Source: Anolis carolinensis
Lineage: Eukaryota
Direction of reading: 5' to 3'
Length of the DNA: 64,000 nt
Assembly (NCBI RefSeq): GCF_035594765.1
Contig: NC_085842.1
Span: 240,757,747-240,821,746, forward strand
In this document: positions 37,626 through 51,107 of the stretch, piece by piece
Position numbering within the stretch: the first letter of the stretch is position 1
How the letters are laid out: each line of letters starts with the position of its first letter
Notes under the pieces: model-generated
The model's input: only the letters and a program-made list of their open reading frames with translations
Database searches by the model: none
Told to the model about the DNA's origin: nothing
Program-made: the position numbers and the translations under genes

Positions 37626-37948
37626 CAGTAGAGTCTCACTAATCCAAGCTAAACGGGCCGGCAGAAGCTTGGATAAGCGAATATCTTGGATTATAAGGAC
37701 TGATCAAGGAAAAGCCTATTAAACATCAAATTAGGTTATGATTTTACAAATTAAGCACCAAAACATCATGTTATACAACAAATTTGACAGAAAAAGTTGT
37801 TCAATACGCAGTAATGTTATGTTGTAATTACTGTATTTACGAATTTAGCACCAAAATATCACGATATATTGGAAACATTGACTACAAAAACGGCTTGGAT
37901 TATCCAGAGGCTTGGATAAGCGAGGCTTGGATTAGTGAGACTCTACTG
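37626..37948. mobile_element. Tc1/mariner-type MITE
   Basis: CAGTAGAGTCTCACT...AGTGAGACTCTACTG with TA flanks. Confidence 0.85.
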
Positions 37949-39163
37949 TACTTGTATTACATTTTCTCATTTCCTCTCGGAGGTTTTCCAGGGAAATACA
38001 TTGCTAAGCTGTTACTACTCTTAATATATTTAATTGCAAAAAACGAGGCAAGTGACATTCTTAACCTCTTCAAAAATTTGTTTACTTTTTGTTTATTATT
38101 TGCTTATTTTATATTGATTGAACTACTTACATTGTTCATTGAATGTATGGCTATATTATTGAATTAGTGTCATTTTTTAATCATTAGTACTACTGTTTTA
38201 ATTCACTTTATGAATTGTTGTGGGATAGACATAACAACTGCACCTTCAAGCAATAACAAGATAACATGAGATCCAAATTGAATTTTTTTTACTATATAAT
38301 GTTTTAGAGTTGTGGTTTGTCACTGATTTGGATGCATCTTGAGAGAGTTAAAACCAGCAGACACTTTCTGGTGGGGAAAATGATGATTTCTACTTAACAT
38401 GGGAAACCGCCATCTAGCAGAGAAGTTTTTTATGAAGCCTACCATGCCTCTTCTTACATTGTTCCCAACCATCATTCAACTCTTTGTAGTAGCTTTGAGG
38501 GAAACAAAAAGCTACAGTGAGGAAGGAGGGTTGTCAAAACTACCTCCTTTGCCACTTTGAGCTGAAGTTTGAGATTTCCATTCTTGGATATTTAGCTCTA
38601 AGTGGAAGATATAAATTGTTCTCTGTAATCCAAATTTCAGTAATAACCATATTAATCTTCAATCAATAAAGCAAAACAGAGTGGAAAATAAAAGTAAAAA
38701 ACAACTCCTTAAGAGTTAGATGTATCCTCACAGGGATATTTGTCATCCTAGGTGCCAGTTAGGAGTGGAGTAAAACAGGGATGTATTAGTCCTAAACTGT
38801 ATCAACACTAAAAATGTTGGTATCACCAACTCACTCATTTGTTCTATATAATTTCTGTTCTCCTCTGTGGAGCTGAATTCTTAAGATAAATCAACTTGAA
38901 AAAAATTGTGAAAGCAATGTTTCCTGTTTCTCCCCCATTTGTCTGGCTTATTCCCTGATGAGTCTCCCTAGCTTCTGCCCCAATGTGACGTGGGTTAGTG
39001 TGCAGAAAACCACAGTGTTGTAGACAGGAACCTCTTCTGAGGTCTTTCTCAAGTTATTTTAAGAACTAAGCCTATGACTATGGAATAAGGCAAAATGCAA
39101 ATTAGATGCATAGAATTGAAAAATTATTTTAGCATTTTTGTAACTATTTTCTAATTATTACAG

Positions 39164-39310
39164 GGCCTGAAAACCCCTGGCTTGTATATGCATACATCTC
39201 TGCTGCAAAGCATCCTTTTGGTTGTATTATGGCTCAAGAAGTGTTTCAGAGTGGCATTATCCCTGCAGAAACAGATTTCCGAATTTACCGAGATTTTGGC
39301 AATATCCCAG
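39164..39310 (+). CDS. ERMP1: ERMP1 exon 5
   Basis: [49 protein letters not shown]; 147 nt. Confidence 0.96.
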
Positions 39311-39580
39311 GTATGTTGTTGGACAGATGTTGTTAGGACTGTTGGGGAGCAGTGGCTTAAATTTAGATGAATATGGGAAGAGAGGAACAATGAAAATGGG
39401 TAGCAAGGTGATCATCCCTATGAAAATGCAAGAAGAAGTTTATGATTTAGAATTTTAGTTTAGAGGTTTTGCTTTCGGCATAACTTAAAAAAATAACTTC
39501 AGATGCATATTTTTCATTGGTTTCAGTTTAACAGCAATAAACTAGAATTTGAAAGTATTGTGATGTTCTGAAATATCATT

Positions 39581-39724
39581 GGCTGGATCTACCCTGTCCT
39601 ATATTCCAGGATCTGATCCCAGATTATCTGATTTGAAGTGGATTATATGAGTCTACATTGCCAGATAGATTAAGCAAATAATCCGGGATCAGATCTTAGG
39701 ATATAGGGCAATGTAGATCCAGCC
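39581..39724. mobile_element. PIF/Harbinger-like palindromic MITE
   Basis: GGCTGGATCTAC...GTAGATCCAGCC; 3-bp TSD ATT. Confidence 0.8.
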
Positions 39725-41127
39725 ATTGAAAACTTGAGTGCTGTGTTGCTGCTTGATGATAAAGCCTGTTGCCAGAAATCATTGACAATATTTTTAAAAG
39801 GAAGTGTAACACTTAAAGCATGTATATATTTCAATTGAAATCTCATGTTTCTTTATTTCATTTGAGTTGAATTGCAGTGAAGCACATTTCAACTTGCTCC
39901 ATGCAAGATATATGAAACAAGATACTTGTTGGTATAAACAACAGTGTATGTGTAAGTTGATGTAATGATTTGAATGTAGGCTCTGCAGTCAGGACACTTA
40001 TTTGTTTAATATCTTGTATTTATCCCAGTATGGAAGTCAAGGTGGCTTACAGAAAACTTTAAAACAAAATACAATACAACTCTCAAACAACAGGTTCCAT
40101 ATCTTTGGTTTCACCTACCTGAATCTAACAAAAAAGTCATTTCTATGAATTTTCTGGTTCCTCCAGGTGATTCTATGGTATGCTTCCACTAGAAGTTTCT
40201 GTAGGGTTGCCCTGGAGGACCTAGCAAATTCCTAGAGAGAATACCTCGAGTGCGATTCTGTGGTAACTTCTGGCAGAGATCATTTATCTCAATAGGGTTC
40301 ACTATTATCCACAATTTTCTGTTTCTCTGGTAAGTTCAGGAACAAAAACAGCTAAAACTGTTGTATACAAATTTTAAAACAAATAAGCAATCTAATAAAA
40401 ACTACTAATTTAAAACAGTTTAAAAAGCATTTCAGTATAGCAGTGAAGATAAAAGCACAGCACTCATTAAAAAAGCCTTCAGCCACAACAAGTTAACAGT
40501 TAAAAAAAAAAACAGGCCAGAGATGGAACCAACCTAAGCCACAGAACCAATTCTCCTCACCAGCTATACTTGTGGTGGTGTTGAAACCAAGAGAAAGTAT
40601 TTTCCCTCAGGCTGTAAATCTCAGGTTGACTAATATGAAGAGATAAGATCTTTCAAATAGGCAGCACCCTAGCCATATACATTCAAATCGCCACTTGGTC
40701 ATGAAACTTTACACTCGCTTCACCTAAATTGTGGAGGAGAGCCTTGAGCACTTGGAAAGAAATCGAAATTGCAACTAAGGTAGGAAAATCTGTCCAAACA
40801 ATACAAGTTGCAACAGTGGAATAATTAGGAATTAGATGAGGAGATAACTCAAGCAAAGACATTGGCATGCACAGAAAAAAGGTTTAGTAATTTGGTTTGT
40901 TAACCAACAATAGGTCATAGGTTCCTGGATATAATATCGTATTCTGCCGTGGGAAGGGATCGAAGGCCAACGTTCATGAAGTTGGAGCAAATACAACTTT
41001 ATAGTAGAACAGCACATAAAAAGTGATTTGATACTATTTTGCTTGTTTTGCCTAGCATTGAATTAGTTGAATGTTTGGAATATATGTAATTTGACAGTAA
41101 TGTAACTGAATTGAATTGCATTAATAG

Positions 41128-41220
41128 GAATAGACCTGGCTTTCATTGAAAATGGTTACATCTATCACACAAAATTTGACACAGCAGACCGAATTCTGAC
41201 AGATTCTATTCAGAGGGCAG
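41128..41220 (+). CDS. ERMP1: ERMP1 exon 6
   Basis: [31 protein letters not shown]; 93 nt. Confidence 0.95.
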
Positions 41221-41246
41221 GTTGGTATACTTTTCTTTATTCTCTA

Positions 41247-42471
41247 CTAGCTTGGGAACCCAGCGATGCCCGGGTTATTTGAAAAAGGCATTATTTGTCT
41301 TTGATTGTTAGGTATTCTCAGTTTGGAGTGGGTGAACTACAATTCCCAGAATCGTGGGTCAGTCCTCCCCAAACCCTGCCTGTGGACCAAGTGTGGTCCA
41401 GATCTGTCGTTGGCTGGTCATCGCCTGGCTGCAATGCTCTCTAGATGGGGGGTGAACTGCTACAACGCCCAGATTCCCAGGGCAATTATCCCAAAACATC
41501 TGTCAGTATCCAGAGCAGGCTATGTTGAGTGTGTGCCAAGTTTGGTCCAGATCCGTCGTTGGCTGGGTTCAGTGCTCTTTGGATGCATGTGAACTACAAC
41601 TCCCAAAATCAAGGCCCATTCCACAAACTCCTGCAGTATATTCAGTTGGTCATGAGGTTTCTCTGTGCAAAGTTTGTCAGTGGGGGCCACTGTTTCTCTG
41701 CATGCAGGTGAACTAAAACTCCCTTTCCCCCAAACTTGTCCAATATGTTCTTTTGGTTATGGGGGCTCTGTGTGCCAAATTTGGTCCTGGTCCATTATCA
41801 GAAGGGTTCAGAGTGCTCATTCATTGCAGGTGAACTATAAATCCCAGTACCTACTACTCCCAAATGTCCAGGCCAATTCCCCTCAAAACCCACCAGTATT
41901 CAAATCTGGGCATATAGGGTATGCATGGCAAGTTTGGCCCAGAGCCATCATTGTTTGTGTTCATAGCATTCTGGGTGTAGGTGAACTACAACTCCTCTAA
42001 ATTCCCCAGTAGGAGTCACAGTGTTCTGACTTGATGCAGGGTGAACTACAACTTCCACCATGTGGAGTCAATCCCCCAAACTCCTCCAGTAAGTTTAGTT
42101 GCCGCTCAGTTCTGCTGTGTTTGTTATGCAGACAGATTTGAAAGGGAAGGGCAGTAGGTGGGGTCATGCAAATTTCACACCAATGAAGAACCCTGGGATG
42201 CCTGGAAAAAGTAAAATCTAGGATGAAATGGTCCCCAAATGAAAGCATTCAATGGGTGGTGGGCCATAGTGTTTGGGAAGAACATTGGCAGGGTTTGGGC
42301 TACATGTTCATGGAGCTTGCTGTAACTGCAGTGTCAGTGGACGGGAGTGACTTGGTGGCTCCTTAGCACTGGGAATTATAGCCTGTTTGTGGAGGCCGGA
42401 GGCTGTCAGTGTGAGCAGACACCCGTGCCACATACACACATACAGGTTTTCACTTTTACTATGGATATAGA
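41247..42471 (-). mobile_element. Non-autonomous Helitron in intron 6
   Basis: Minus 5' TCTATATCCATAGTAAAAG; 3' hairpin CCCGGGCATCGCTGGG then CAAG-CTAG|T; internal repeated AACTACAAYTCCC / CCAARTTTGG units. Confidence 0.8.
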
Positions 42472-42596
42472 AGATAGATAGATATATATAGATATAGATT
42501 TTTTGTAACTATATTTGAAAGGGAACAGGTCTTCATGTGTTAAGAGTTCCTTTTTGTAATTTTGGGTTGTTGTGAAGAATAGCTATATTTGGGCCA

Positions 42597-42796
42597 GGTG
42601 TGCATCTGCATTGTAGAATTACTGCAGTTTGACACCACTTTAACTGCCATGGCTCAATGCTGTGGAATCATTTGAGTTGTAGTTTTCCAAAGAGTGCTGG
42701 TGCCTCACCAAAGTACAAATCCAAGATTCTATAGCATTGAGCCATGGCAGGTAAAGTGGTGTCAAACTGCAATAATTCTACAGTGTAGATCCACCC
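42597..42796. mobile_element. Harbinger-like MITE (family also ~19640-19790, 43320-43683, 47880-48090, 50040-50260)
   Basis: GGTGTGCATCT...GACACCACTTTAACTGCCATGGCTCAATGC...GTAGATCCACCC. Confidence 0.7.
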
Positions 42797-42965
42797 TTTT
42801 GTTTTATCTTTGTATTTTTTTAGACATTATATTCAGTATCCTAATATGACCCAAAATCCTCAAATATTTATTTTGCACTGTCATAGATTGTGTGGAAATA
42901 TCTGCAAAAATGCTGGAGGGAAAGCAAATCATTAACTACATGCTTATGTTTTTTTCCCCTCAAAG

Positions 42966-43178
42966 GTGACAATATTTTGGGTGTGCTCAAATACTTAGCA
43001 ACATCAGATAAACTGGCCAGATCTCATGAATATCGGCATGGAAATGTTGTTTTCTTTGATATCTTTGGTATGTTTGTTCTGGCTTACCCAGCTCGCGTTG
43101 GTGCCATTTTAAACTACACCATCACTGCACTCGCAATTCTTTATCTAGGAAAAAAAATTCTGCAGCCAAGAAAAAGAG
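42966..43178 (+). CDS. ERMP1: ERMP1 exon 7
   Basis: GDNILGVLKYLATSD...YLGKKILQPRKR; 213 nt. Confidence 0.96.
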
Positions 43179-44399
43179 GTAAGCCCACTTCTATTCATCG
43201 CTGTCTGACAGTGGAAGTCTGATAGGAGTTGCTTGTACAGTCAGGGTTGGGCCTTTAATTTCTGCAGATACCTCTCCCTCAGCCTACAGACAAAGTTGCT
43301 GCCTTGTTTTAAACTGCCTTTACACTATAGAAATAATGCAGTTTGACACAAATTTAACTGCCATGGCTCAGTGCTATACAATCCTGAGATGTACAGTTTG
43401 GTATTGATGTTGTTTGGTAGAAAAGGCCACCAAAACTACAACTCCCACAATTCCATAGCATTTTATTTATTTATTTATTATTCAAACTTATATGCCGCCA
43501 CTCCCCTAGGGCTCGGGGCGGCTTACAAGCACAGGCTAAAATATAACAATTTAAAAACATCTTAAAAACATCTTTAAAAACATCTTAAAAACACTCCCCC
43601 AGGGAGTATTTAACTGCCACAGCATTGAGCTGTGGCAGTTAAAGTAGTCTCAATGTATTAATTCTATAGTATAGATGCACCTAGGGTGAGTGAGAAGAGC
43701 AAAAACTTTAGCTATATTTGGCAGCATCTAAAAAGGGAACCAAAACTTCTAGGGCTTTTTCATGCTACACAAATATAGCACTGTATTTCTCTTTAACTGC
43801 TATGTTTCATTGTGTGCCTTCAAATGGACTCCAACATACTGTGATCCTTTCATAGAATGTGATTTATAGAGAGAAAGTTTGCCAATACCTTGGTCTTTTG
43901 ACAATATTCTAACCCTCAGAAAACTTTATTATATGATGGTGATGATGATGATGATTATGATTATTATGCTTTTTATTAGCTGTTTGTTTTCACATTGATT
44001 GTATTGTTTTTGTTGATGCATTACATGAAAGCACTTCAACAGGCCTGAGATGTGGAATGAGTACTCATTAGGTTGAATCCAATATTATACAGCTTGTTCA
44101 GAGCTACTACCACATACAGAATTCCCCATTTTCATTATTGCAGGGGTATCATACCCAATGCTCTGATTTCTCTTGTCCACAGTATTTTGTCAGGCATTGT
44201 GACTTAGAATACTGTCATAGAATCATAAAGCTAGAAGGGCCTCTATGAAGTTCACCATCTTTCTAGTGTAGACAGTTGATTTCCATTGCCAAATTGCAAT
44301 CAAATTGTTATCATTTGGGATTCTGTCCAGATAGTAGAATTTTTACTAAAGAAATACGTTGTTCATCTATGCTTTCAGGTGTTTTAATTTCTTTTTCAG

Positions 44400-44620
44400 C
44401 ACTCATGTATATAAAGGAACTTGCCATTGCCTTTGGTTTCACAGTCCTTAGTTGGTTTGCAGCATTGCTTGGCATCCTTTTTGTGGCAATATTTATTTCT
44501 CTGATTGGGCGCTCTCTTTCCTGGTACACCCACTTCTATGTCTCTGTTTTTCTCTATGGAACAGCAGCTTTGGCAAAACTAATTCTTGTACATACATTAG
44601 CCAAGACATTTTATTACAAA
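44400..44620 (+). CDS. ERMP1: ERMP1 exon 8
   Basis: ALMYIKELAIAFGFTVLSWF...SLSWYTHFYVSV...LAKTFYYK; 221 nt. Confidence 0.93.
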
Positions 44621-45084
44621 GTAAGTTCCGAATCTTTAATTATATTTCAATAATTGTCTCTATAGTTAAATTTAAATATATTTTTCATTCTGTATGCCTT
44701 AAATTGGGTCACCCTATTGCTCCATCTAGTTGATATTTGCTATTTCTGTGGCCTTGAGATAGAAATATTTCCCATCAGTTGATACCTGGGTCTTTGGTTG
44801 TACCTTTCCCATGTACAACACATATGTACCATAGCATGATTGAACAACTTCACTGAACTATTTAATGGTGCATAATTAATAGCTGCATTGCACTGGCTGT
44901 CCACGGAATAACTTTCAATTGTACTCTTGTTCAGTGATAATGAGAAGGGGCTGGATTCAGTTGCACAAGGATGCGAATTTTACAACTCTCCAGAAGTTGC
45001 TGGACAGCATCTCTCAGCAGATGTTTTATTGCCTGTTTTATTTTGGGGTTGAAGTCTAACAATAGCTGGAGAACCACGTGATTC

Positions 45085-45476
45085 TCATTATATGTTCCAG
45101 CCTCCCAGAACCCGACTGGCAACCACCACCCAGAGATCCTTTTCATTGACCACCCCAAGACTCTGGAATTACCTGCCATTAGAGCTCCAACAGCTAGATC
45201 AGCTGTCGGGATTCAAAAACCATCTAAAGACACATCTTGTCCAGCAGGCTTACCCAGATAGTTTTAAACTATGAATCTTAAACTCATGTCCTTTGTTTGA
45301 TGTCTCTTTTGTGTATTTTAAAATGTATTTTATAGAAATGCAGTTTTTAATGTGAATCTTTTATAGAAATATGTATATTTGTTTAATTTTTGCAATGCTC
45401 GTGTTTTTTTTCATTTTGTTGTAACCCACCTCAAGCTGCAGGGAGAGGCAAGTAAGAAATAAAATTATTATTATTA
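45085..45476 (+). mobile_element. L2-clade LINE 3' end
   Basis: RSFSLTTPRLWNYLP...FKNHLKTHL; 3' tail. Confidence 0.7.
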
Positions 45477-45824
45477 CAGTAGAATCTCACTTATCCAACA
45501 TAAACGGGCCGGCAGAATGTTGGATAAGTGAAAATGTTGGATAATAAAGAGGGATTAAGGAAAAGCCTATTAAACATTAAATCACATTATGATTTTACAA
45601 ATTAAATACGAAAACATCATGTTTTACACACACACAAAAACAAACAGAAAAAGCAATTCAATACACGGTAATGTAGTGTAGTAATTACTGCATTTACGTA
45701 TTTAGCACCAAAATATCACAATGTATTGAAAACATTGACTATAAAAACATTGACTACTAAAAGCCTGACTGTGTTGGATAATACAGAACATTGGATAAGT
45801 GGAGGTTAGATAAGCAAGACTCCA

Positions 45825-45825
<1 letters not shown>
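45477..45825. mobile_element. Tc1/mariner-type MITE followed by (ATT)n 45826-45887
   Basis: CAGTAGAATCTCACTTATCCAAC TIR. Confidence 0.75.
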
Positions 45826-45887
<62 letters not shown>

Positions 45888-46350
45888 GTTCCTTACACAG
45901 TTTTAACCATTAGCTTAGCCATAATTAGTTAAAAGCTCCAGACTGATTGGCTTTCTGTTTTGGATGGATGAAATTGTAGAAACCACAGAAAATGTTTTCT
46001 CATGCCAACTTACGTACTCTAGTATGTTTTATTTTGAAAGGAGTGGAATGGCTTTAAATTTGCAAGTGCAGTTGAACTACGCTATACTCATGTATACATC
46101 TAGAAATTGTAGTAAAAAAAGTGACCCCAAAACCCCAAGTGAGCTTATTCACAGGTCATTGTATTGTACTTTAACTCCTACCAAAAAGTATGAAAGCATT
46201 TAGAAACATACTTCTTTTAAAATAAAATAATAAAGATAAAAATATTGGCACTGTAAGACTGCCTTTAGAATGTTTGGAGGATTCCCCCCCCCCCCCAAAG
46301 TAATCAATATGAATTTATGTTTTTAAATTGTTTTGTTTTTGTTTTTTCAG

Positions 46351-46525
46351 CATACAAATGAGCAGTTCCTTGCAGAGATCTTCTTTGACGTGCCATTAGT
46401 TTTTTGGTCAATTTCATTGGCTTCACTTACTTACCTAGGAGTGTCCTCAGCATTTGTCTGTGCAATATGGGTAGCATTTCCTCTACTCACAAAATTAATC
46501 ACCTATAAGGAGTTGAAAGAAAAAG
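46351..46525 (+). CDS. ERMP1: ERMP1 exon 9
   Basis: HTNEQFLAEIFFD...WVAFPLLTKLITYKELKEK; 175 nt. Confidence 0.95.
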
Positions 46526-49106
46526 GTATGATGCTGATACTAATCTTGCAGAATTGCTGCACATATAACAATAAGATGTTGGGTTGTATTGAACGGGTGT
46601 TCCTCTTCTGATGGAACATTCTTTGGCCTTTCAAAGTTTTCCATCAATAGAAAGATGGATGATGATTTTCGATGGTCCCCACCTCCTCCTTACAGGTTGC
46701 GTTCTAGTTCTTGGGCTTTTCTGAAGCGTCCCTAAGATCAAAGCTCCAAAGCAGGGCAGGTCTTAGGGATGCTTGAGAGGCAGAGGAATTCACAAGAAAT
46801 TGCCTTCTTCTGCTCCATTCCGCTGACAGAAATACCCACTGAATAAAAAGGCATTTCATCAGTAAAGTGATGCCATTTGGCCGACATCCAGTGAATATGA
46901 AAAATTTAGAACATGCTGCATTACTGTGTAGATGCGAAGTAATGTGATGGAGTAGACAACTCATAATGGAAATATTTGTATCTGGAAAATAATTGTTGTT
47001 TTTTAAAAAAGTATATTCTTTTCTCATGACAGAAAAGCAATTTCTATTTCGAACAAAAATGACAAAATATTTTTATTTTCTTTGTTTCAGATGGGGAACC
47101 TTTTCACTGCCAAGTTTCATAGTTTTGAAACCATGTCAGTGAAAGATATGCAGACACAGATGCTCTTTTATTATAAAAGCATATAAATGAACGACCAAAA
47201 GCCAAAGCTAATGTCGGTGTCACGTGTTTGGATTGCTCTGTGGGTGTGAGAATGCAGCTATCAGTTGCTGGAATCATATTCTTAGTCCCAACTAGAATAC
47301 ATCCATTGAATCCATGTGATTTAATTATCTGACTCACCATTCAGTATTTGGTTTGGTGAATCTTGTCTAGTTGATATTGCCCATTAGCATTCAGGCTTAT
47401 CTGGCAAGCTATCTATTTCTCATGCTTGCACTACCCAATTCTACCCAGCTTCGCAAGAGTTAGAAATACCTGTCTTTCTTAGTTCTTGCTTTCGTCTCTT
47501 TCTTTTTGCCTCTGCTCTTCTCATCCCACTTTCTTTAATTCAATTCAGAAAAAAGAAACCTGAAGTAACCTTAATCTTGTAGCTGTGGTGGAAAAGCAAA
47601 CATGCACAGAGGCCTGCACTTTTATTATTATAGATGCACATAAAGAAATATAGATATCTTTTTATTTGCATGCAATTGTCCCCATATTTCATTATGTTTG
47701 GACAGGATTAGAGGCTTTCCACAAACAATAGCACCAGCATCACAGCAGTGCTTACCCACACTGGAAGCAATCTGCCTGCGTGAATATTTCAGATCATGCC
47801 AGTACACAGTGGTTGAGATCCTGCATCAAACAGGCAGAACATAACACTCCCAATTGGGACCACATCCTCCTTTCCCAGTGAGATATTCATGTAGAATGAA
47901 TGCACTTTGATACCACTTTAACTGCCATGGCTCAGTGCTATTGGATCCTGGGATTTATAGTTTGGTGAGTCACCAGCAATCTTGACAAAGAAGGCTAAAG
48001 ACCTATTAAAACCATAATTCCATGGCATTAAGCCATGGCAATTGAAAAGTGGTGCCAAACTATATTCATTCTACAGTTGTAGATGCACCTATGCCATGGA
48101 GTTGTGAAGTAGCCAGCACCACACATGTCCCTTTGGCCTTCTCTCCAATTGGTTGCTTTTAATGGAAGCAGCTCATTTACTCTGCTAAAGCTGTTTAGTG
48201 ATGTGCTTGCCAGTGATGTCTGTCCATGTATGTATTGCACCTAAGCTTTTGGTGCCTTTCTGCTGTTGTCTTAGATGACTCCATGGACATTCTTGCTTTC
48301 ACATGCCACCTGCTTTCTACCAAAATGGGCTGCTCTGAATATGTTGAGTTGCCATACTGTTCTTTAGTGTGGTTGCGGAGAGTTTCACATGAGAGTTTCA
48401 AAGTGAATGCAAGCTTGAATATCATCTTGCTTTCATAGGCACTCACTTGCTCACTTTCTTGAAAATAAAATCTCAACATTTGGCCCAAGGTTCCTTTCTT
48501 TTCTTCAGGGAAGCTCTACTCTATAGGCTTTGACAGCTGCCTAGACACACACACAACAGTGCTAACATCACTATGGCAATTTACACTGCCAGGAATCTAT
48601 TCTTATCTGCTTTTTGCCTGGCATAAGGCTAAAAGTTGTATGACCTGTGAGCCACATCCAGCCCAAGTGTGTGTATAGTCCTCAATAGTTCTTCCAAATT
48701 CTCGTTTTCCCTCCCAGTTTCCATGTCTTTTGGAGAGACACAAGTTTTAATTTCTATACTGTTGAGTGGGGAGTACACCTGAAAGAGGCTCCAGTTCCCC
48801 CGAAATAAAACCAGAAAATGAACAGACTGTCCCTTATGGGTTTGAGGAAGTGAAGGGATGCCAGGGATGTCCAGAGAAACTATAAATGGAGTGGATGTGA
48901 CCATTAGATCCACTGCCTCTGCTACATCAGCCTAGTGCTATCATGACTCAAGAAATTGTAGACAATCCTTGTTTATATATTGCCTCATCTGTTGTGACAC
49001 ATTTTTATGACAGATATTGTTGTCCCTTGTAGTAAATCATGCCAGAGTTTAAAAACTGTATTCTACAAACAAATTTATTTTCTCTCTCTCCTTCTTTATC
49101 TTGAAG

Positions 49107-49297
49107 GTGCCACAATGAAATTCTTTACTATGTACCTCCTGGGAATGTCTATTCCACACGTCTATTCGTTATACCTCAACTGGATTATATTTGAAATGTT
49201 TGTTCCCATCATGGGACGCAGTGGTTCTGAAATCCCACCTGATTTAATAGTGGCTGCTTTTATTGTTGTTATTTCTATAATCCTGTCTTCCTACTTG
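49107..49297 (+). CDS. ERMP1: ERMP1 exon 10
   Basis: GATMKFFTMYLLGM...FEMFVPIMGRSGSEIPPD...ILSSYL; 191 nt. Confidence 0.95.
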
Positions 49298-50954
49298 GTA
49301 AGGATGCTTTAGAACCAAAGGCAAAAATGCTGTAGTCTGCAAACTTAGCAGATTTTAATAACTTTCGAAATGTTTGTTTAACAAATGCCACTCAGATAGT
49401 GCAGCAGACTGGGAAAAGGACGCCATCTCCAAGTTTGCTTGGTTGTAGTAGAGATTCCAAAGAGGGTGCTTCTAGATAGAAAAGGCTTCTAGGGCTACAA
49501 GCCATTGCTTTCCTGTTGAAAGTTACAAATAGGTTTAAGGCAGAGAAGGTTAAAATTAAAACTCGTGAGCCATGACAGTTAAAGTGGTGTCAAACTGCAA
49601 TAATTATAAAGTGTTGTCTGCTCTCCCCTTTTCCCAAACTATATGGTTGCCACACATCCATTCTGTGATTTTGAAGCAGCCTACTTCTGAGTACATAATT
49701 CTTGCAGTCCAGTTGTGAAATCCCATCAGTTTCACTTGCAAATGTGCATTTTGTGGGATTTTCTTGAACTATCATCAAGTACTATGATGTAGTCAAGCGA
49801 CCTCTGGGAGAAAAAGATTAATACCAGACAGTGGGTCAGTCTCATTCGAACTGAATTCAACCTCCACAAGAGGCATCATTTTGCAATCGTCTTCCCACCA
49901 CGAAGCAGAGTCTTCCTCCCCCCCCCCCCAAAAAAAAATTCCATTTTCTTGGGGAAAGTTGTGTCAGTACTAATAGCCAGAGAAACCTCAGTGCTGCAAA
50001 CAGAAAGAAATTAGATTTTGAAGGTCAAAAAATAAGGCAAAGGGTACATATAACATTGTAGAAAGAATCTATCTTGATCCCACTTTAGTTGCCTCAGTGC
50101 TATGGCATCATGGGAATTACAGTTTTACAGAATCTTTAACATTCTCTGACAAAGAGTGCTGGTGCCTCATCAAACTACAACTCCCATGATGGCATAGCAT
50201 TGAGCTATGGTACTTAAAGTTGAGTCAAACTATATTCATTCTACAGTATAGATGCACCCAAAGAAGAGTTTGCATGCAGTCATAGAATCGTAGAATCAGA
50301 GTTGGAAGAGACGACATGGGCCATCTAGTCCAACCCAGTCATTTTGAGCAGCAGTTGTTCAGTTCTACAAAGCACTGAAGCCACATTTTCTCACCACCAG
50401 ATGTTCAGTACAGATACCCCATATAATTTCTCCAAGCATCTTTACATCCATAAAAGCTAAAAACCTTTCCTCTTAATTTAGACAAAAAATGGAGAAGTTT
50501 AGACTGCTGATTGTTTGCTCGGTAGGAAACACCATGCATTGCTCACTAAGTCCAGATAAATAGGAGTGGTCAAAGGGCAGGTGTAAATGGTCCAGACTCA
50601 TCTCTTCATTTCACAATGAACTTTTTAAAGTGGTAGAGCACTGCCTCTCAGGCTGGATCTACACTGCCATATAATAAATAGTATCTGTTTTGAACTGGAT
50701 TATATGAGTCCACACTACCATATAATCCAGTTCAAAGCAGATAATATGGCTTCAGAAACTGGATTATATGGCAGTGTAAATGGGACCTTAGTCTCATTTG
50801 CCGCAGAGAGCTGTGTTGAAAATAAGACAAGTACTGTAAACAAATCTAAACATTTAAAAAACAAAGCAACTTACATGTTCATCCGTTTATATTTTTTAAA
50901 TGTTTCTGTAATTTAAATAATCTTATGCTTGCTCTTTTTGTTGTTGTTCTGTAG

Positions 50955-51107
50955 GTTAAGTTCATCTACCTTGCAAGAAGCACAAAAACAATAATAATAA
51001 CTTTAACAACAGTTTCTGTGATCATGTTCACACTTGTTTGCAGCGGAGTCTTTTTTCCTTACAGTTCAGATGCAGCAAACCCAAGGCCTAAGAGAATCTT
51101 TCTTCAG
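50955..51107 (+). CDS. ERMP1: ERMP1 exon 11
   Basis: [12 protein letters not shown]...[25 protein letters not shown]; 153 nt. Confidence 0.95.

Noticed and set aside
41300-42080. Repeat-spacer-like pattern resembling a CRISPR array
   Set aside because: Eukaryotic DNA; units are degenerate, irregular internal repeats of a Helitron; no cas genes.
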